DNA of 64,000 nucleotides from Rhizodiscina lignyota (Eukaryota): NCBI GenBank assembly GCA_010015805.1, contig ML978127.1, positions 1,860,001 to 1,924,000 of the forward strand, read 5' to 3'. Shown piece by piece: positions 60,690 to 64,000 of this stretch (position 1 is its first letter; each line of letters starts with the position of its first letter). The notes under the pieces were generated by a model. It saw only the letters and a program-made list of their open reading frames with translations, ran no database searches and was not told where the DNA came from. The position numbers and the translations under genes were made by a program.

Positions 60690-62136
60690 ATGCATTTCTC
60701 AAATACATCTATCAGTCTTTTCATACTGTCTATGCTAGACACTTTCGCCGGTGCAAAATGCTCCCCTGGCGCAGACTGTCACGAGCCTAGCACTTACGAC
60801 GGTTTCGATGGTGGCTCCGGCAAGGACCCCGGGAGTGGGTACAGCAGCAACTATGGTGGTGCTTTCGGAGCCCTCAAGCAGCCTTACTATCCCCCAGCAG
60901 CTGATTGTGAGGATTACATGATCCCGATTGACATCGAATACGACAATCTTGTCTTCAACGCTACGAAATGGGAGGACAACTACGGCTTGATCGACTTCCT
61001 CACAGAGGCAACGGCTCGCGCAGGCGCCGGATACCCCAGTCCAGTCGAACAGAAGCATACGAAAGGGAGTTTCGAAATCGCAGCGTCGTTTTGCTCACCA
61101 AAGAAGAAGACGTCAAAGGCAAAGAATGTCATCATCGCTACCCACGGCATTGGCCCGGCTCGTGCGCATTGGAACTCCCCTTTCAAGCCTGAAGATTACA
61201 ACTTTGTCCAATGGGCCATCGGTCAAGGCTATTCCGTGTTCTTCTACGACCGACTGGGCTGCGGCGCATCGCAGAAGTGAGTACAATTCGTCCCAAGTTA
61301 GAATCGTATGCTGATCATCTCAATCAAGGGTCACTGGATACGAAGCGTCCATTTTCACCGCTATTGCCATACTCAAGGAGCTTGCTGGAGTTGTGAAGGC
61401 AGGTAAATATACTGGTTCGATTGGAAAGCCACACAAGACTGCGGTGATGGGATTCTCCTTTGGCTCTTATACCACGCACGGCGCTGTTGCCACCATGCCT
61501 GACATTGCCGATGCCGTCGTTCTTACCGCCATTGGATTCAACGAGACTGGCCTCAATGCAAATGGACTTGTCCGCTCATTCGAACCTCGCATCGCAAATG
61601 TGCAGAATTCTGCCCTGTACGGAGATCTCGATAATGGCTATCTCACTTGGGTTGATAAGTTTGGCCTCATTTGGAAGTGAGTCAGGATTACTCAGCTATT
61701 CTAATTAGCCTCTTTTGACATAAGACCAGCTACTTCAAGAAGCCTAACTACGAACCTTCGGCTGCGGATTTTGTCGAGTCCTCGAAAGCGCCATTTGGGA
61801 TCGTAGAGTTCCTCTCATTCCTGGGCGGCCCAACCGATGCCCAGAACTACACTGGACCTGTCTTGGTAAGTTGGCTGGCTCATAAAGACTTACTCCTTGA
61901 GAAAGGCACTGAATCCTAATCTATCGTCATAGGCCATCACCGGCGAGCTTGATTACATTGTGTGCGATGGATCCTGCGACGGCATTTTCGAAGAACCGGC
62001 GAAGACATACTACAAAAACGCAAAATTCACCCCCTACCTTCAACCGGGAACAAGCCACCATCTCAATTTCGCCACGAACGCTACCGGAGCATTCAAAGTG
62101 ATTACGGATTTCTTGGCCTCGAGTGGCCTGAACTAG
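60690..62136 (+). CDS. Secreted alpha/beta-hydrolase fold protein, multi-exon
   Basis: Signal-peptide-like MHFSNTSISLFILSMLDTFAGA, ATHGIG, YDRLGCGAS, GFSFGS nucleophile elbow, GELDYIVC, GTSHHLNF, stop at 62134-62136. Confidence 0.85.
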
Positions 62137-62350
62137 AGTTAGGCGTTGCAGAGTTTGTGAGGCGCTGTTGGGGGTTATTTAAATAATCATCTTCTCTTCT
62201 ATAACTCTCGTTCATGTCACTACCATATTCTTATTCATTTTAGAGTCATCATCTGTACCACTATTGAATAATTGATAATTTCCATTCTTCTTCCCCAAGT
62301 CTAAGCACATGATGTCTTCATGAATTCAATCTCCTTACATACATTTCAGC

Positions 62351-64000
62351 TCATGTCAACTCTTGTCTAGGTTGCAAGCCGTGCCAAACGCCAGGGCTAG
62401 TGGTACGTTCGCTTTCCTCTAATACTGAAATGGCCTCGTGAAGGCCAGCGGAACTGAGGTAGAACCCAAATCCCATCGAGTTCTGCCCAATGACATATTT
62501 CGATGTAATCGGCGACTGGTCGAGCATCGATACCAGCCAATCTCGGAATCGTGGTTGATGCTCCAGTACACTATATGCAAGGCCAATTGGTAGCATGTAG
62601 AACAGAGCAGGGTCTTTGCTGTGCTGCACATTGGCACACTGGAACTCGAACACACGACATATCTCGATCGCGGGATCGCGTAGCGCAACGGACATTCCGG
62701 GAAGTGAGAGAGAGGAGAAGTATGGGTACGCTGAACTATCTTTATGTGTGCTTGGGGGCTGCGCCGCGGCCATGATTATTGCTGGCGCATTGGAGGGCGC
62801 GATTTTCCAGAGAAGACCGATCAGCCACATCTGCACAGCGTTGTACAGGGATATCTCAGTGGCCCTCTCAAATTCGGTGAATTGGAGGATGCTCTCGAAC
62901 ATACGACTCTTGGCACTTGGATCTGCAGGAGCTGGGCTTGCTGGCTTTTCGTACACTGTCGCTGAATATAATTCTTGCCAGTGCCACCGCCATCGGAACG
63001 CTCTTTTGAGCTGTCGTTTTACGCGTTCGACTAGAGCGACGTGCGGTCCCGGGTCTGGTTGCTGACTTAGGCGACCATCATCTTCCAGCATACCCGGAAC
63101 GGTGACAAGAATGTCGGCGAGCTGGTTCTGCTGCGATTTGGAGGCCGGATCCAATGCCCAAGGAATGTTTATCCAGCTGTCGTCTTCTAAGAAACATCGC
63201 CGTTTGGATATGATTCCAACAGTGATGAGTGTCGCTCGACAACTCTCGAACGCGCTTCTCAACGGCTGTTGTTGAAATTTCGTGGGTCCGAAGACCATCA
63301 GAAGCTGAATCATTCCCCTAACATGGGATGTTGTTCCAGTTGGATCCTGACGTATAGACTCGTATATCAGCAGAATCATGACTGGGACAAGCAGCCCTTG
63401 GGCATGGGAGTCGGGGCTAACAGCGTTGGACAGCTGGGGGATGAGGGCGCGAATGGCTTTGCCGTACTCTATCGAGGCGTTCGTCTCGACGTTCTGCTGG
63501 CCGTAGAATTTGGCGAAACTGCTCTGTGACAGGGCCAAACTGGCTTGCAAGGCGAGTGGAGAGTATCTGCCGATGGCTGCAAGGCGTAGCCATTCTTGGC
63601 CATAGCTTCGCCAGACGAAATTCTCGAAGAGGAATGCGTGGCAGATGTCGGGTCTGAAAGCTTCGAGATTCAGCGAGTTAGGCACTGTGTTCGCCGTTTG
63701 CTGCTGGAGATAGTCATATCGATTCCTATGATGCATGGCGATGACGTTCTGATCCGTAGATGTCGAAGAAGAAGACGAGGCTGTACCCGAAGCAGAAGCG
63801 ACGGCGATTCGGAAGTGTAATGGTTTCTCATATCCAGCACAGGTGTATCCAGCCTTTTCACACCGTTTACAGGTTGGTTTCCCCTCATCTGCAACACTTG
63901 AGCTTCAAATTCTCAATCCCTGTCAGAATGTCTCGTATACTCACCACACTTCACTCGTCTCTTCCTACATGTATGGCATCCACCGCTTCGACCGGGAACG
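62351..64000 (-). CDS. Zn(II)2Cys6 transcription factor, 5' end just outside the window
   Basis: VPGRSGGCHTCRKRRVK / intron / CDEGKPTCKRCEKAGYTC, continuing in frame into ORF 62351-63736. Confidence 0.88.

Noticed and set aside
1..64000. Transposons, CRISPR arrays, tRNA and rRNA genes
   Set aside because: No transposase, RT or integrase ORFs, LTR/TIR pairs, regular repeat-spacer arrays or cloverleaf/rRNA motifs were recognised by eye.

Overview
Eukaryotic, intron-containing, gene-dense window from a filamentous ascomycete (Pezizomycotina, Dothideomycete-like by gene content; the taxon is inferred). It holds about 27 protein-coding loci. Housekeeping genes include DPH2, a BSD-domain protein, a Yrb30-like Ran-binding protein, SUP35/eRF3, Ric8, an Iks1-type kinase and a PPIL1-type cyclophilin. 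These are interleaved with accessory metabolic genes: three Zn2Cys6 transcription factors, an amidase, a P450, a 2OG-Fe(II) oxygenase, an SDR, an NmrA-like protein, an MFS transporter, a class II aldolase-fold protein, a GH3, a Zn-dependent dehydrogenase and a secreted alpha/beta hydrolase. There is also a decayed amino-acid permease pseudogene and a spliced small secreted Cys-rich protein not shown whole in the ORF track. The most notable signal is non-coding. The apparent gene desert at ~34.2-36.3 kb contains a heavily base-paired + strand RNA: two perfect 12-bp long-range helices close a ~900-nt multi-hairpin arm. In order, it shows a TATA-like box, a CUAACCCU telomere-template-like octamer, the arm (which carries an RNase P/MRP-like P3 + CR-IV module), a U-rich candidate pseudoknot and an AUAAGU non-canonical splice donor. 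This layout fits a telomerase RNA gene, but the call is an inference from hand folding and no CR4/5 element was identified. Also unusual: a CPD-photolyase-family protein with a ~10-residue deletion and substitutions at DNA-binding and Trp-triad positions, and an orphan protein with ADP-ribosyltransferase-like R-S-E motif spacing.
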